From NCBI RefSeq assembly GCF_001194135.2, contig NC_068985.1:44346971-44410970 (forward strand): 64,000 nt of DNA, given 5' to 3'. Shown piece by piece: positions 51,638-64,000 of the stretch. The stretch comes from Octopus bimaculoides. Its lineage: Eukaryota. A model generated the notes under the pieces. The model was given only the letters and a program-made list of their open reading frames with translations. It was not told where the DNA came from and did not search any database. The translations under genes were made by a program, and so were the position numbers. Each line of letters begins with the position of its first letter. The first letter of the stretch is position 1.

Positions 51638-51865
51638 TCCACTCTTTAGCATTCAGATTATTCTGTTAAATGCATCTCTTATTTATTCACATTATTTTGA
51701 ATTAATCCCACATTATCTTGTAGCTTTGAGATTTCAATGGCATGTTTGTATATTTTTAGAATGACATTGCAGGATAGGTGTGAGAGGCTGGATCTGATCA
51801 GTTTTAACATAAAACAGGTAGAATATTTGGGATAGATATGGCTGGATTAAATGCTTAAGAGTTAA
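51638..51865 (-). mobile_element. piggyBac-type MITE, copy 4, left end eroded
   Basis: CTCTTTAGCATTCAGATT...AAATGCTTAAGAG-TTAA; interior colinear with copy 2. Confidence 0.75.
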
Positions 51866-52495
51866 AACAGGGAGTTTGCATCATAGAACCAGGGGTGGTC
51901 CTAAGTAGGCTAGTATCAAACGGATAATGAAAATTTTTGTTTCTATAGTCTGTAAAAGGGATGGATTGTATCAAAAAACAACAAACCACTGGTTACCATT
52001 AATCTCAAAGTGCTATATATTAGAGTGCTATATGATTAGATATCTGAAATACCTGCCACAACCTTTGAAAAGATTTAAAGGGTACTAGTAAGGAGCAGTT
52101 GGGGTTGTTGTAGTATTAAGTTAATGAAAGATAAATCTTATTGTTAGAGCATTATTTAGGTTTGAATTCAAGATCTCAGCAGGTAAAATATAAGCATTTT
52201 ACATTTGCTCCACCACAGCCAATCTGTGTGTATGTGTCTGTGTGTGTGTGTGTGCATTTGGGTCTCTGTGTGTGTATATGTGTATCTGTCTGTGTGTATG
52301 CATGTATGTGATGTATCTGCATGCAAATATGCATCTGTATATATTTATGCCTGTGTGTGCTTTTGTGTGTATATCTGTATATCTAAGTGCATGTATGTAT
52401 CTGTACATACCTGGATGCTTGTATGTTTGCATATCTGTGAAATTTTTGCATGTGTGAGTGTATATGTGTATGCCTGTACATATGCATGTATGTGA

Positions 52496-52535
<40 letters not shown>

Positions 52536-53309
52536 CACACACACACATATATATATATATATGTATAGGAGGCCAAAAGTGTATATACGCTGCTATATGT
52601 ATATATAAAATAACAGAACAAAAAATGGAATAAGAAGGTAACAGGCTTATGTGTATATATCTGTACATCTGTGTGCATGTGTGTGCATATATGTGTACAC
52701 ATCTGGACGCTAGTATATTTTCATATCTGCACAATTTCCATGTGTGTTTGTGTGTGTATGCATGTGTGCATATGGATCTGTGTGTGTGTGTGCATATATG
52801 TGTAACTATCTGAACATATGCATATATGTGATGTGCTTGCATGCAAGTGTGCATATATATATATATATTTGTGCATATATGTGCTTATGTATATATATAT
52901 CTGTACACATCTGTGCATGTATGTGCATGTGAGTACACATCTGGATGCTTGTGTTTGCATATCTGCACAATTACTGTGTGTGTGTGTGTGTGTACTTGTC
53001 TCAGTTACTTGTGTTTGTGAGTACATGTGTATATGTATGCTAGCATCCACAAATAGCTAGCTTCCTTTTCTCTAGTGTGAGTCATCCTCACTTGTTGAAT
53101 GTGCAGTAAAAAAACCTATTTCACATCAATTGTTGTTCACTGATATTTTCATTCCTTTCTCTTTCTCTCATCATCCTCCTCAGTAATATTTTATGCCTTA
53201 TTGTAATATACATGAACAAACACACACACATTACATATATACACATCATGCATATACATCACGTATATATCTCGCCTTTTGTAGGTTTGAATGACTGTAT
53301 AACATATAC

Positions 53310-53389
<80 letters not shown>

Positions 53390-53496
53390 GAGATAGATAG
53401 ATAGATAGATATGTATATATAATTTAAGTAATAGAAAAAAATGGAGAAACTGATGTACAGACATCAATTTATTTGAACATACTTAATTCTGTACAA

Positions 53497-53693
53497 TTCT
53501 GTCATTTGACTGTGGCCATGTTGGAGCACCACCTTAAAGGGTTTTGTAGTCCAAGAAATCAACCCCGGGACTTATTCTTCATCAGCCAAGTACTTATTCT
53601 ATCAGATTCTTTTGCTGAACCACTAAGTTACCAAGACGTAAACACACCCACATCAGTTGTCAAGTGATGGTGGGGGGACAAACATAGACACAA

Positions 53694-53724
<31 letters not shown>

Positions 53725-53832
53725 TATATATATATGTATATATATATANNNNNNNNNNACACACACGATGGGCTTCTTTCAGTTTCCGTCTACCAAATCC
53801 ACTCACAAGTTTTGGTCGACCCATGGCTATAG
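53497..53832 (-). mobile_element. Family A SINE lacking the head
   Basis: Reverse complement of the family A body and tail; spans a 10-N gap. Confidence 0.8.
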
Positions 53833-54036
53833 TATATATTGTATAAAAGATTGTGGGTAAGGCCAAAACAATGCGAAGTAAATGCAATACATATATATAT
53901 ATTCACTAGATGAAAAGTGTAGGCTGAGTGATATCATTTCACAGAGATTATGAGAAATGCTATCATTCCACCCACACAGAAGTGTGGGTGGAATGATAAC
54001 ATATCTCAACCATAATTTATTTCTCCTTCCCTCCCA

Positions 54037-54072
<36 letters not shown>

Positions 54073-55879
54073 TACACACACAGAGGCATATGCAGTTTTT
54101 TTATAACAAGTTAAAGATGGAGCCTCTACATGGTTGCATGACTTGCTAGAAATACCAATCAAATCTCTTACAAAATCTTTACATACTGTCTTAAAAAAAC
54201 AGCACTCATCTATGCTTGAACAAAAAAAAAAAAGATACAGGATGGTCATGGTTGGAACTCCTTTAATCATGAGGTATGTTTGAAGGGGGCTGACATAAGG
54301 CCAAACAGTAACAATATCAACACCATAAACATGATGGGGATGAACAAATATGGGACACACTACATGGTTGCTGCTTCTAGAAATAGCAGTCAAATTCCTC
54401 CTCAAATCTCAACATACCATATCAATGGATACGGTATGTCTGAATAAAAGGAAGAGTGGTTGTAGCTGGAATGTCTTTCACTTGCCCCTCGTGAACTTTC
54501 CCTGAAGTAAACTGATGACAGGGAACTTATTGGACATGACAAAGTGAACATGCAGATTTCGTTAAAAGAAAGAAGTGTTAACCTAAATGAATACCTAGAC
54601 TGATGCATTGACAGAGGTCGACATGTAGAATTAGTTGAAAGAAAGTGTGGGTGGGGTAACCAAGGTGAACAACTAGACTAATATAAAGAAAATGTGTTGA
54701 CTAAGCGGGATACTCAGATTATAGGAGGAAAGTGGTATTACTTTGCCACAGCTCACATATCCGTGCTCCTATAAAAATGAACAACAGTGTACAGGAAGAT
54801 GCATAATGGTAGAATTGGAGAAGTATAAAGCTACACTGGTAATCCAGGTGGAATTTGGCAGTAAAGTGGTTCTGGAGAGGTGGCAATAATCCAAGTAGTA
54901 GGTTGGAAAAAGATGAGATTCCAAGAAAGGCAGGATCAAGCTAGGGTGACTGCAAGAGTGTATATTATATGTATAGGCCGAAAATATATTAAAAAAAAAC
55001 ACAGAAACAAGTGAAAAAACAACAAACAGAGTGTTTAATGCTCAGGAAACTGGAAGAAGTATTTGACATTTTGAGCCTAGACTCTTCTACAGAAAGGAAT
55101 GAAGTGAGAAAACAGATGGAGAGAGGGAAAAAAATGGAGAGGTAAAAACAAGTCTGGATTAACAGTTACTACATGGACTAATACACACACACACTATTCC
55201 ATTTATTGTGAGAATGTCTGTCAGAGTTGATAAGAGGGTGCACAACTATTTTGAAGTTTGATAATCTATATCCTTGTCACTGTCTCATCTGTGTCAAGCC
55301 TATAGCCACTACATTGAAGTAAGTAATCACAGCACAGTGTATAGTTCATGACTATGGACAGGCAGTGGTAGCATTGTCAAACTTGATGACTGTTGTTTCC
55401 ATTAAGAGGCAATGCTGAGTTCAAGTCCCTTTGTGGGTCTTAAAAACCAAAGCGGGGAAACTCCTTGACCATGTAGTTCTTCCCTACAGACCAATGTGGG
55501 AGTCTATGTCATAACTGCTAGAAAATGTGATCAGTTTTGAAAATTAATTTTTCAAAATTAATCACATTTTAACATTTTTAAAATATAGATGCACCTAATG
55601 GGTAGTGTAGTCAGAAATATACTATGACTGAAAAGACAAGATAGTCATGGTTGAAATATCTTTGAATATAAATTTGTTTAAGCGGGGTTTTTGAGTTTAA
55701 ACAACAACAGCATAAACCATAATTTCAGTGCATGCCTAATGATCCTATAGACTTATACTAGAGTTATCATTAGGGTTTTAATAGTGATGCCTCCAACACC
55801 ACCACACTAAATACCAACAGGTTTAACAATGATGGCATGGTGGTAGATTCATAAAAAGTTATAAATTGAAAGCAGTTTT

Positions 55880-57137
55880 CTGGTGTTCTGTGAGAAGAGA
55901 AACAGAAGCATGAAGTGTTGTGGGTTGTAAAGCTGTGTGTCATTGTGAATCAAGAAGTTGGGAAAAAGTGTATGTGGAAAGAGAGTAGTGCATCTATCAT
56001 CACTGACACTGGGAAGAAAGAGGCTTGGAAATGTTAGTACAGAAAGTTGTTGAATGAGAATGCATGGGTTGAGGTGGAGAGAAACTGTACTCCAAGTAGA
56101 GCCAACAGGTGTTGGGGCAGCTGGGGGACTAGCAAGTGAAATTAAAAGATATGTGGTCAAAATGGTCATTAAGGACATGAGGGAAAGGAAAGTAGCTGAA
56201 CCATTAATAATAGCTGCTGAGATGCTGAAAATATCTTTCAAAGTAGGACATGCATTTGTCATCCACATAATCAATAATGTGGACACAAGGAAGTGTCATA
56301 TCCAATGACTGGCATGATAGTGTCATCATCAACTGCTGCAAAAGGCAAAAGAGATGTTCTAAGAAAAAAAAAAAAAAGAAGCAGCTGTAGAGGTATCAAA
56401 TGAAAGCTCTGAGTAATGTAAGTGGTAGAAAGAACTACAGTAGGGAGAGAATTAGTTTAGATGAGATGAAGTGCAGTTTGGTTTTGTGCCAGGCTGGAGT
56501 ACCACTGATGCCATCTTCTTGATGAGATGACTACAAGAGATGTTTATAGATGAAAATAAGCCAATATGCTTAGTATTCATTAATCTGGAGAAGGACTATG
56601 ACAGAGGTCCTATAGACTGTGGCCTACTGTTTGTTCAGGAAACTCAGTGTAGATCAATGGCTTGGGAAAGCCATGTAAGTCATGTACAGGGATGCTGTCA
56701 GTAAGGTGAGAATAAAAAAAAAAAAATTCCATCCCGTGTACCAAGTGTAAACTATGGGTGCACAAAAGTTGTAGTAGAATAACAGGTAGGCTGACAGAGA
56801 AGGAAGTGTTTGTAAGTGAGATACACAAGATTAGTTGGTAGTATATGAAATGAATTCTTTCAAATGCTCAGAAATTTCCAAGTAATTGATAGCTGTTGTT
56901 ACTTTTGTTACCAAGGTGACCTAATTAACAGTAGAGGTGACTGTTCTAAAAGAATGGCAACTAGAGTGTGAACAGAATGGAGAAACATTTGGAGTGCTAT
57001 TACCCCTGCTGGTAACAAAGATATTTTCTCATTGAATGAGTGAGAGGTAGATTGTATGACGCTTGAGTACAAAGTGTGATGCTGCATGGTAGAGAAACAA
57101 AAGCACCAAATTTGAAGGATGTATGAATGCTGGAAAT
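55880..57137 (+). mobile_element. Decayed RTE-clade LINE RT region with an internal deletion
   Basis: KEAWK..YRKLLNEN, IKDM..AAEMLKIS, QFGFVPGWSTTDAIFL, VFINLEKDYDR, MYRDAVSKVR, then an A run (56714-56726) and directly CTKCKLWVHKSC, LPLLVTK, GRLYDA..MLHGRET. The YADD core is absent. Confidence 0.8.
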
Positions 57138-57174
57138 AAAGTAGTTGGGCTTGCTCTAATGAATGTATAATATT

Positions 57175-58710
57175 AGTTTCAAATTTTGGAACAGGGCCAG
57201 CAGTGTTTAAGGGTAGAGTAACTTGATTATATAAACCCCTAATGTTTAACTGGAACTTATTTTCTGGATCCTGAAAAGATGAAAGGCAAAGTCAACCTCA
57301 GTGGAATTTGAACTAAGAACATAGAGACAGACAAAATGCCACTAAGTATTTTACCTGCCATGCTAACAGTTCAGTCAACTCACCACCTTAATAAGAATAA
57401 TAATGATATCAAATTTTGGCACAAAGCCAGCAATTTCAGACGCGGGCATAAGTCAATTGCATCAATTCAAGTATTCAGCTGGTACTTATTTTATTGATCC
57501 TGAAAGTATGAATAGCAAAATTGACCTTGGTGGAATTTGAACTCAGAATGTAAAGATAAATGAAATGTTGCTTAGTATTTTACCAGGCTTGCTAACGATT
57601 CTACCAGCTCACCACCTTACATTGATGATAATAATAGTAATAATAATAATAATAATAATAACAGTAACCATAAGAGCATCACAGCAAACCACAATACATA
57701 GCCAAGGCACACAGAGCTGCGCTCGGTAGTGAAGTGAAAGCACACTATAAAAATAAAACTACTGAATAATAGTAATAATGGTTTTAAATTTTGGCACAAG
57801 GCCAGCAATTTCGGAGGGAATAAGCTTATATTGACTCCAGTGCTCAACTGGTACTTATTTTATTGATCTCAAAGGGATGGAAGGCAAAGTCAACTTTAGT
57901 GGAATTTGAACTCAGAGCTTAAAGACAAATGAAATTCCCCTTAGCATTCTGCCCTGCATGCTAACTGTTCAGCCAGCTCACTGCCTTACAATAGATATAT
58001 AATATTGGTTTTAAATTTTGGCACAAGGCCAGCAGTTTTGCAGGAGGGGGCCAAGTCGATTACATCGACCCCAGTGCTCAATTGGTACTTATTTTATTAA
58101 CCCTGAAAGGCTGAAAGGCAAAGTTGACCTTGGTGGAATTTGAACCCAGAACATAAAGATGGACAAAATGTTGCTTAGCATTTTGCCAGGCATGCTAACC
58201 AGCTCACCACCTTATAATAAAATAAATGCGCCCTTTTAAAGCCTAGCCAGGCTCATGGGCCCAGTTTCCCGGTTTCAATGGCATATGTGTTCCCCAGCTG
58301 GACAGGATACCAGTCCATCACAGTGTTACTCATTTTACTCACTGGAGCAACGTGAAATGAAGTGTTTTGCTCAAGAACACAACGTGTTGCCCGGTCCAGG
58401 AATCGAAACCACAATCTTGTGATCATGATGTTGACACCCTAATCACTAAGCCATGCGCCTCCACTGCTCACCACCTTACATTGATAATAAAAATAATAAT
58501 AATAATATTGGCATTAAATTTTGGCACAAGGCCAGCAATTTCGGAGGAGGGACTAAGCTGATTATATTGACCCCAGTGTTCAACTGATACTTATTTTATC
58601 AATCCTGAAAAGGATGGAAGGCAAAGTCAACTTTGGTGGAATTTGAACTCAAAACATAAAGACAAACAAAATGGCCCTAAGCATTTTGCCCTGCATTGCC
58701 TGCAAGGCTA
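57175..58710 (-). mobile_element. Array of five co-oriented family D SINEs
   Basis: AAATTTTGG(C/A)ACA.GGCCAGC starts near 57180, 57410, 57785, 58015 and 58515, each followed by GAAAGGCAAAGT..AC.T.GGTGGAATTTGAAC. Confidence 0.85.
58215..58465 (-). mobile_element. Family G SINE nested in the family D array
   Basis: 13-bp TSD GCTCACCACCTTA at 58202-58214 and 58466-58478; colinear with 46828-47085. Confidence 0.85.
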
Positions 58711-58940
58711 GCAATTTCAGCATTCCCACATGCAGACTCATATCAATGCTTACCACCAAAAATAGACAACATCACTATGTCAGTAACAATTACACACATA
58801 AACATAAATACTCAAAACACCTTTCTTCCTCCCCTTTAATTTTCTTTGTCATTTGTACTCTGTGTAAGTTAGATCCATTAATATAAATATCTATATATTT
58901 ATACTTAAATAGTCATCATCTTAAAGTCTCTACCTTTTGC

Positions 58941-58988
<48 letters not shown>

Positions 58989-61043
58989 CTTGTATTTCAT
59001 ACCCAAACTGTTATATTTAATAGATCTAATTTGTTTATCCACATAATCGCCACCATATCTGTCTCAACTCGATCCCTCTTAAAGCCGTTCTTTACCCTGT
59101 GGAATTGATCCTCTGTAAAGACATCGGAGACTAAATTTGAATCATTTGAGCACTACTAAGTGTCTTCTATACTAAGAATCTCTGGATCTCATCTGTTGAC
59201 AATAAACATAAGTACATAAGTACCAGACAAAAAAAGCTGCAATTGAATGGGGAAAAAATTGAAAAATTAACAAAAATTGAACTTCAATTATTGTGTTATT
59301 GCTACGAAAGTAACTTTTTCAATGTATGTGCATGCATGTGTACACATGTGCAAATATATGTGTATATAATTTGTAGTTCATAGGTCACATTTGAGAAGAT
59401 GAAAACTGAAAAACAAGACCCAATATGATGAAGAGTTGTATGTATACTATTTCACGTAACAAAATATAATTGATCAAATATTTCAACACAGTTCCTCAAA
59501 GGACACATACACATACCTTTCTCTCTTTCTATTTCCATCAGTCTGTGTGTGTGTGTATGTGTGTGGGTATGTGTATATGTATGTGTATATATATATAAAC
59601 ACACACGCACCAGTTGTATGTAACACCACACTAGCAATATCTATACAGTCACAGAGCAGTGAATATTAATATCTGTACAGTCATACATCTGTGTTTATAG
59701 CATAGCTATACTAACGCACCAGTGTTTATAGTATAACTAAACTAACATACCAGTGTTGATAGTATAGGTACATAAACAGACAATCATTATCATTTTTTAA
59801 TATTCATCTTCCATTCATGCACGGGTAGGATGGTTGACAGGAGCTAGCCAGGTAGGAAATCTACCCAAGGATACTGTGTGTTTTGGCAGGGATTTTATGG
59901 GGCTGGATGCCTTTCCTAACACCAACCACTCCACATAATGAATTCAGTGCTTTTTATGTGGCACCAGCACAGGCGAAGTTAATTTTGGCAAGATTTTTAC
60001 AATGTCTATATGACGACATTATCCAGTGAAATGACACCACGTTGTTCTTTCAACTAACCTCAGTTCTATTCTATTTCTTTCCTCTAGCCCCACCCCTGGA
60101 ACCAGCAACAACAACAACAACAGACCGTTTCCTTTCCTTTCTTCATTCTCATAGATAATAAGACCCCTCAAAGGTTGAACTTTACATTCTTCTCATGGGA
60201 AATTAGCTTGACCAATCTTGAACTTTCTTTTTCAGTGATTTTCACTAATCCATGCAATCCATCACAAGTCTCCACAAGTTCCAGATTTTAATACCTAGCT
60301 TTTGTCTTGTCTTACTAATCTGGGATGTTGGATCAGTGAATGTCTGGTAAGTTCTCTGTCATCAATTCACTGCAAGGAAAATTCACCACAGGGAAAGTTC
60401 AAAGTTTTTTTTGTTTTTTTTTTTGCAATAAAATAGTTTTTGACTATTAATGGTGGAATACTATGGATATATTTTCGCGGTGAATTGATGGCAATGAACT
60501 TACCTGTAATCAAATTAGTGTATTGTTCCAAGACATAAGATTGTCATTGGTTACTTCACAGGTCCAATTGAACAAAGTTGATAAGGTTGTTGGTAAAAAA
60601 AAGGGGGTGGTTTAGCAGCAGCAGTAGCAACAACAAAATGAAAATAGAATTACAAGTGCTGAGAAGAACTCAATGCTAGTATCTAAAAAAAGGTTAAAAG
60701 GTAAGAAATTGAGCTAAAACTGCTGACAGTATGATATTTTCTCAAGCTCTCTCTTTCTCTCTCTATCAGTGCAACCATTCTTGATGGGGAAAAAAGAGGT
60801 GATGATAATAGAGAAACCTCGACATTCTAGTTCTTAAGAAGATCAAAAGCCACCAAGCTGATAATAAAATCTTTGCAGTTTCCTCCTAATTCCAACAAAT
60901 TCCAAGAATGCATTGAAGAATTTCTTATTCCTCATAGAAACAACGAAAAGAAAAAAAATTCAGATTTACGTCCAAAATAAACAGAAATTGGAAAACAAAT
61001 GGTTAAATACGGAAATATATGTATGTCTGTGTATGTATGTATG

Positions 61044-61088
<45 letters not shown>

Positions 61089-62629
61089 NNNNNNNNNNNN
61101 NNNNNNNNNNNNNNNNNNNNNNNNNNNNNNNNNNNNNNNNNNNNNNNNNNNNNNNNNNNNNNNNNNNNNNNNNNNNNNNNNNNNNNNNNNNNNNNNNNNN
61201 NNNNNNNNNNNNNNNNNNNNNNNNNNNNNNNNNNNNNNNNNNNNNNNNNNNNNNNNNNNNNNNNNNNNNNNNNNNNNNNNNNNNNNNNNNNNNNNNNNNN
61301 NNNNNNNNNNNNNNNNNNNNNNNNNNNNNNNNNNNNNNNNNNNNNNNNNNNNNNNNNNNNNNNNNNNNNNNNNNNNNNNNNNNNNNNNNNNNNNNNNNNN
61401 NNNNNNNNNNNNNNNNATATATATATATTACACACACACACACATATATGTATATAGGTATATTGTCTACACATTCAACTTGGATGAATGATATCGCAGT
61501 CTACTTACCAGCAGTAATATATTTTTTTTTTTACTTTATTGCAATTTACACCAGAATGAATCCACAATTAAATGTGTATGTATGCCTGAAGAGATACAGA
61601 TGTATATGTGTGTGCATGTACACACGTGTGTATGTGTATATTTATATATATATATATATATATAATACACACACAGGTGTACATACATACATACATACAT
61701 ATATATATATCATCAACATCATCGTTTAATGTCCAACTTCCATGCTGGCATGGCTGATGTCTCTGTGTTTATATATATTATACATACATACACACAAGCA
61801 TACATCTAATACATGCACACACATATATACACATATACATATACACACAGGGATGCATACATACATACATATATATATATACATATACACACACACGCAC
61901 ACATTTGTGTGAGAGCACATATATATATAAGCCAAAATTAATCCCAAAACAAAAAAAACAAAAAAAAAAGTAAGATTTTGTGGCAAAGTTTTATTTATTT
62001 ATTGGAATTCTATTATTTCCTCAGAATAATTCTTTAACCATTGTTCTCCTATTGAATATTCCAGCAACTAAATCTAGAGTAATACCAAAATATCCATGTG
62101 GAATCACAGACATTGTTCTTCAGAGACGAAAGAAATGAAGAAAGAAAATAAGAGTTTCTTCCTTTGTATTTATTTTTAAAGCAAAATCAAATCAAAGATA
62201 AATATGGTGATTAGATTTGCTTAACCCCAAGCCATCCTTGGTTAAAGACATTCCAATCATGACCACCCCTTTGTTTTGCTTATACAGTAAAGAGAGGCCC
62301 AATAAAGATTTTACTAGCATCTTCTGTTGCTCTTCTCTCTCTTTTTAGTTTTGATAGCAGTATGGCACCATTCAGACTTCTTTGACGTGATGCTTAGTCT
62401 GCTATTTATGTAACCTGTGAGGTTTCATTGTTTGCACAATAGGGAAAAGTGTATGTACTGGAGTTCCATCATAGATTGTTGTATTTAAGGCTGGACACTG
62501 ATGAGGTGTGATGCACGATTACTTAATGTCTACTTACCTAATTATTTCAGCATTCTGATGAAATGCAGGTATGTCCAATAAAGCTTTGACTACCACACCT
62601 GTTTTCATGCTTATCATTCCATTATATAT

Positions 62630-62980
62630 AAGGTGGCAAGCTGATACAAACATTACCATGCTGGGTAAAATGCTTAGTGGAATTTTGTCTGTCTTTACAT
62701 TCTGAATTCAAATTCTGCCATGGTTGACTTAGCCGTTTATCCTTTCAGGATCAATAAAATAAATATCAGTTAAATACTGGGGCTGATGTAACTGACTTAC
62801 CTCCTCTCACCAAATTTTTGGTCTTCTGCCAAAATCTGAAGCCTTGCTTCCCAACCACATAGTTTCCAGTTCAGTCTCACTGCATGGCACCTTGGACAGG
62901 TGTCTTCTATAGCTTCAGGCCGACCAAAGCCTTGTGAGTAGATTTGGTAGACGGAAACTGAAAGAAGCCTGTCATGTATA

Positions 62981-63078
<98 letters not shown>

Positions 63079-63620
63079 TATGTATGTATGTACGTATATA
63101 TTTGTGCATCTGTGTTTGTTCCCCCCACCATCACTTGACAGCCGATGTTGGTGTATTTACGTCCCCGTAAGTTAGTAGTCAGGCAAGAGGCCGATAGAAT
63201 AAGTCCTGGGGTCAATTTGTTCGACTAAAGGTTGTGCTCCAGCATGGCTGCAGTCAGATGACTGAAACAAGTGAAAGAATAAAAGAATATGAAGACCCAT
63301 GGCTTAGAGAATAGAGTGTTAGGCTTACAATCATAAGCGACGAGTTTGATTCCTGGACTGGGCTGTGTGTTGTGTTCTTGAGAAAGACACTTTATCTCAT
63401 ACTGCTCCAGTTCACTCAGCTGTAGAAATGAATTGCAATGTCACTGGCGCCAAGCTGTATCAGCCATTGCCTTTTTCTTGGATAACACCAGTGGCATGGA
63501 GTGGGGAGGCTGGTATGCATGAGTGACTATTGGTCTTCCACAAACAACTCTGCCCAGACTTGTGCCTCTTGATGCAATCCCATGATCATTCACGACTGAA
63601 GGGGGTCTTTACCCTTACTT
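62630..63620 (+). mobile_element. Head-to-tail SINE train: D (62630-62835), A (62840-63289), C (63291-63620)
   Basis: Each segment is colinear with other copies of its family in the window. Confidence 0.8.
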
Positions 63621-64000
63621 TTACATACATATACATATATAAGAACAGATGAATATGTCATCTGGTATAACTACAGTTGTTTCGTTAAAAATCTCTGTGA
63701 TATAAACATGGTACCATCAGATAACCCATTCATTAGTTCTTACGTTTTTACATCACTTTAAAGTTTCATTTATCATTGGATACTTTCGGATAATATTGCA
63801 GTTGTGGATTATCTAACAACAGTGAACCACTCTTCCCTTGATACATTCCATGCTATGATAATGGATTACTTGGGTGTGTTTTGCATTACTCTGTCTTGCC
63901 AATTTGTTATATACATTACTTTGATATGTTTCAATCCCCTATGGAAACCCTGTAATCAAAATTATATATATATGCACGCGCGCGCGCGCGCACACACACA

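Noticed and set aside
59000-59170. ~50-codon open frame on the minus strand in unique-looking sequence
   Set aside because: No recognisable similarity or convincing splice sites; this length is expected by chance.
60493-60560. Candidate upstream SelJ exon ending ...ITG|gtaagt
   Set aside because: In-frame stop 14 codons upstream and no SelJ similarity.
62498-62520. Other CTGATGA hammerhead-like starts (also near 22772 and 38556)
   Set aside because: No intact GAAA core with correct helix II and helix I pairing.

Overview
Eukaryotic, AT-rich, microsatellite- and transposon-dense DNA with three large and several small N gaps. The repeat landscape looks like a cephalopod (Octopus-type) genome; this is recognition, not something provable from the window. 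Almost all entries in the ORF track are translations of simple repeats, gaps or decayed transposons. The one host gene I can support is on the minus strand: two consecutive GT-AG exons (11118-11274 and 4711-4904) that splice in frame and encode the middle of a selenoprotein J / J1-crystallin (ADP-ribosylglycohydrolase family) protein. The second exon has an in-frame TGA (4712-4714) one base before its donor, at the position where fish SelJ carries selenocysteine, so it is probably Sec rather than a stop. I could not find the 5' exons, the 3' exons or a SECIS element in the window. The rest is TE fossils: a DD34D mariner joined to a hAT 3' end, a piggyBac transposase fragment split by an RTE insertion, four TTAA MITEs, several RTE fragments, a CR1-group LINE 3' end, a Gypsy integrase with a probable LTR, and at least five tRNA-derived SINE families (letters A, B, C, D, G are my working labels). 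TE boundaries are approximate unless a TSD or TIR is quoted. No databases were searched; family assignments come from motifs I recognise.
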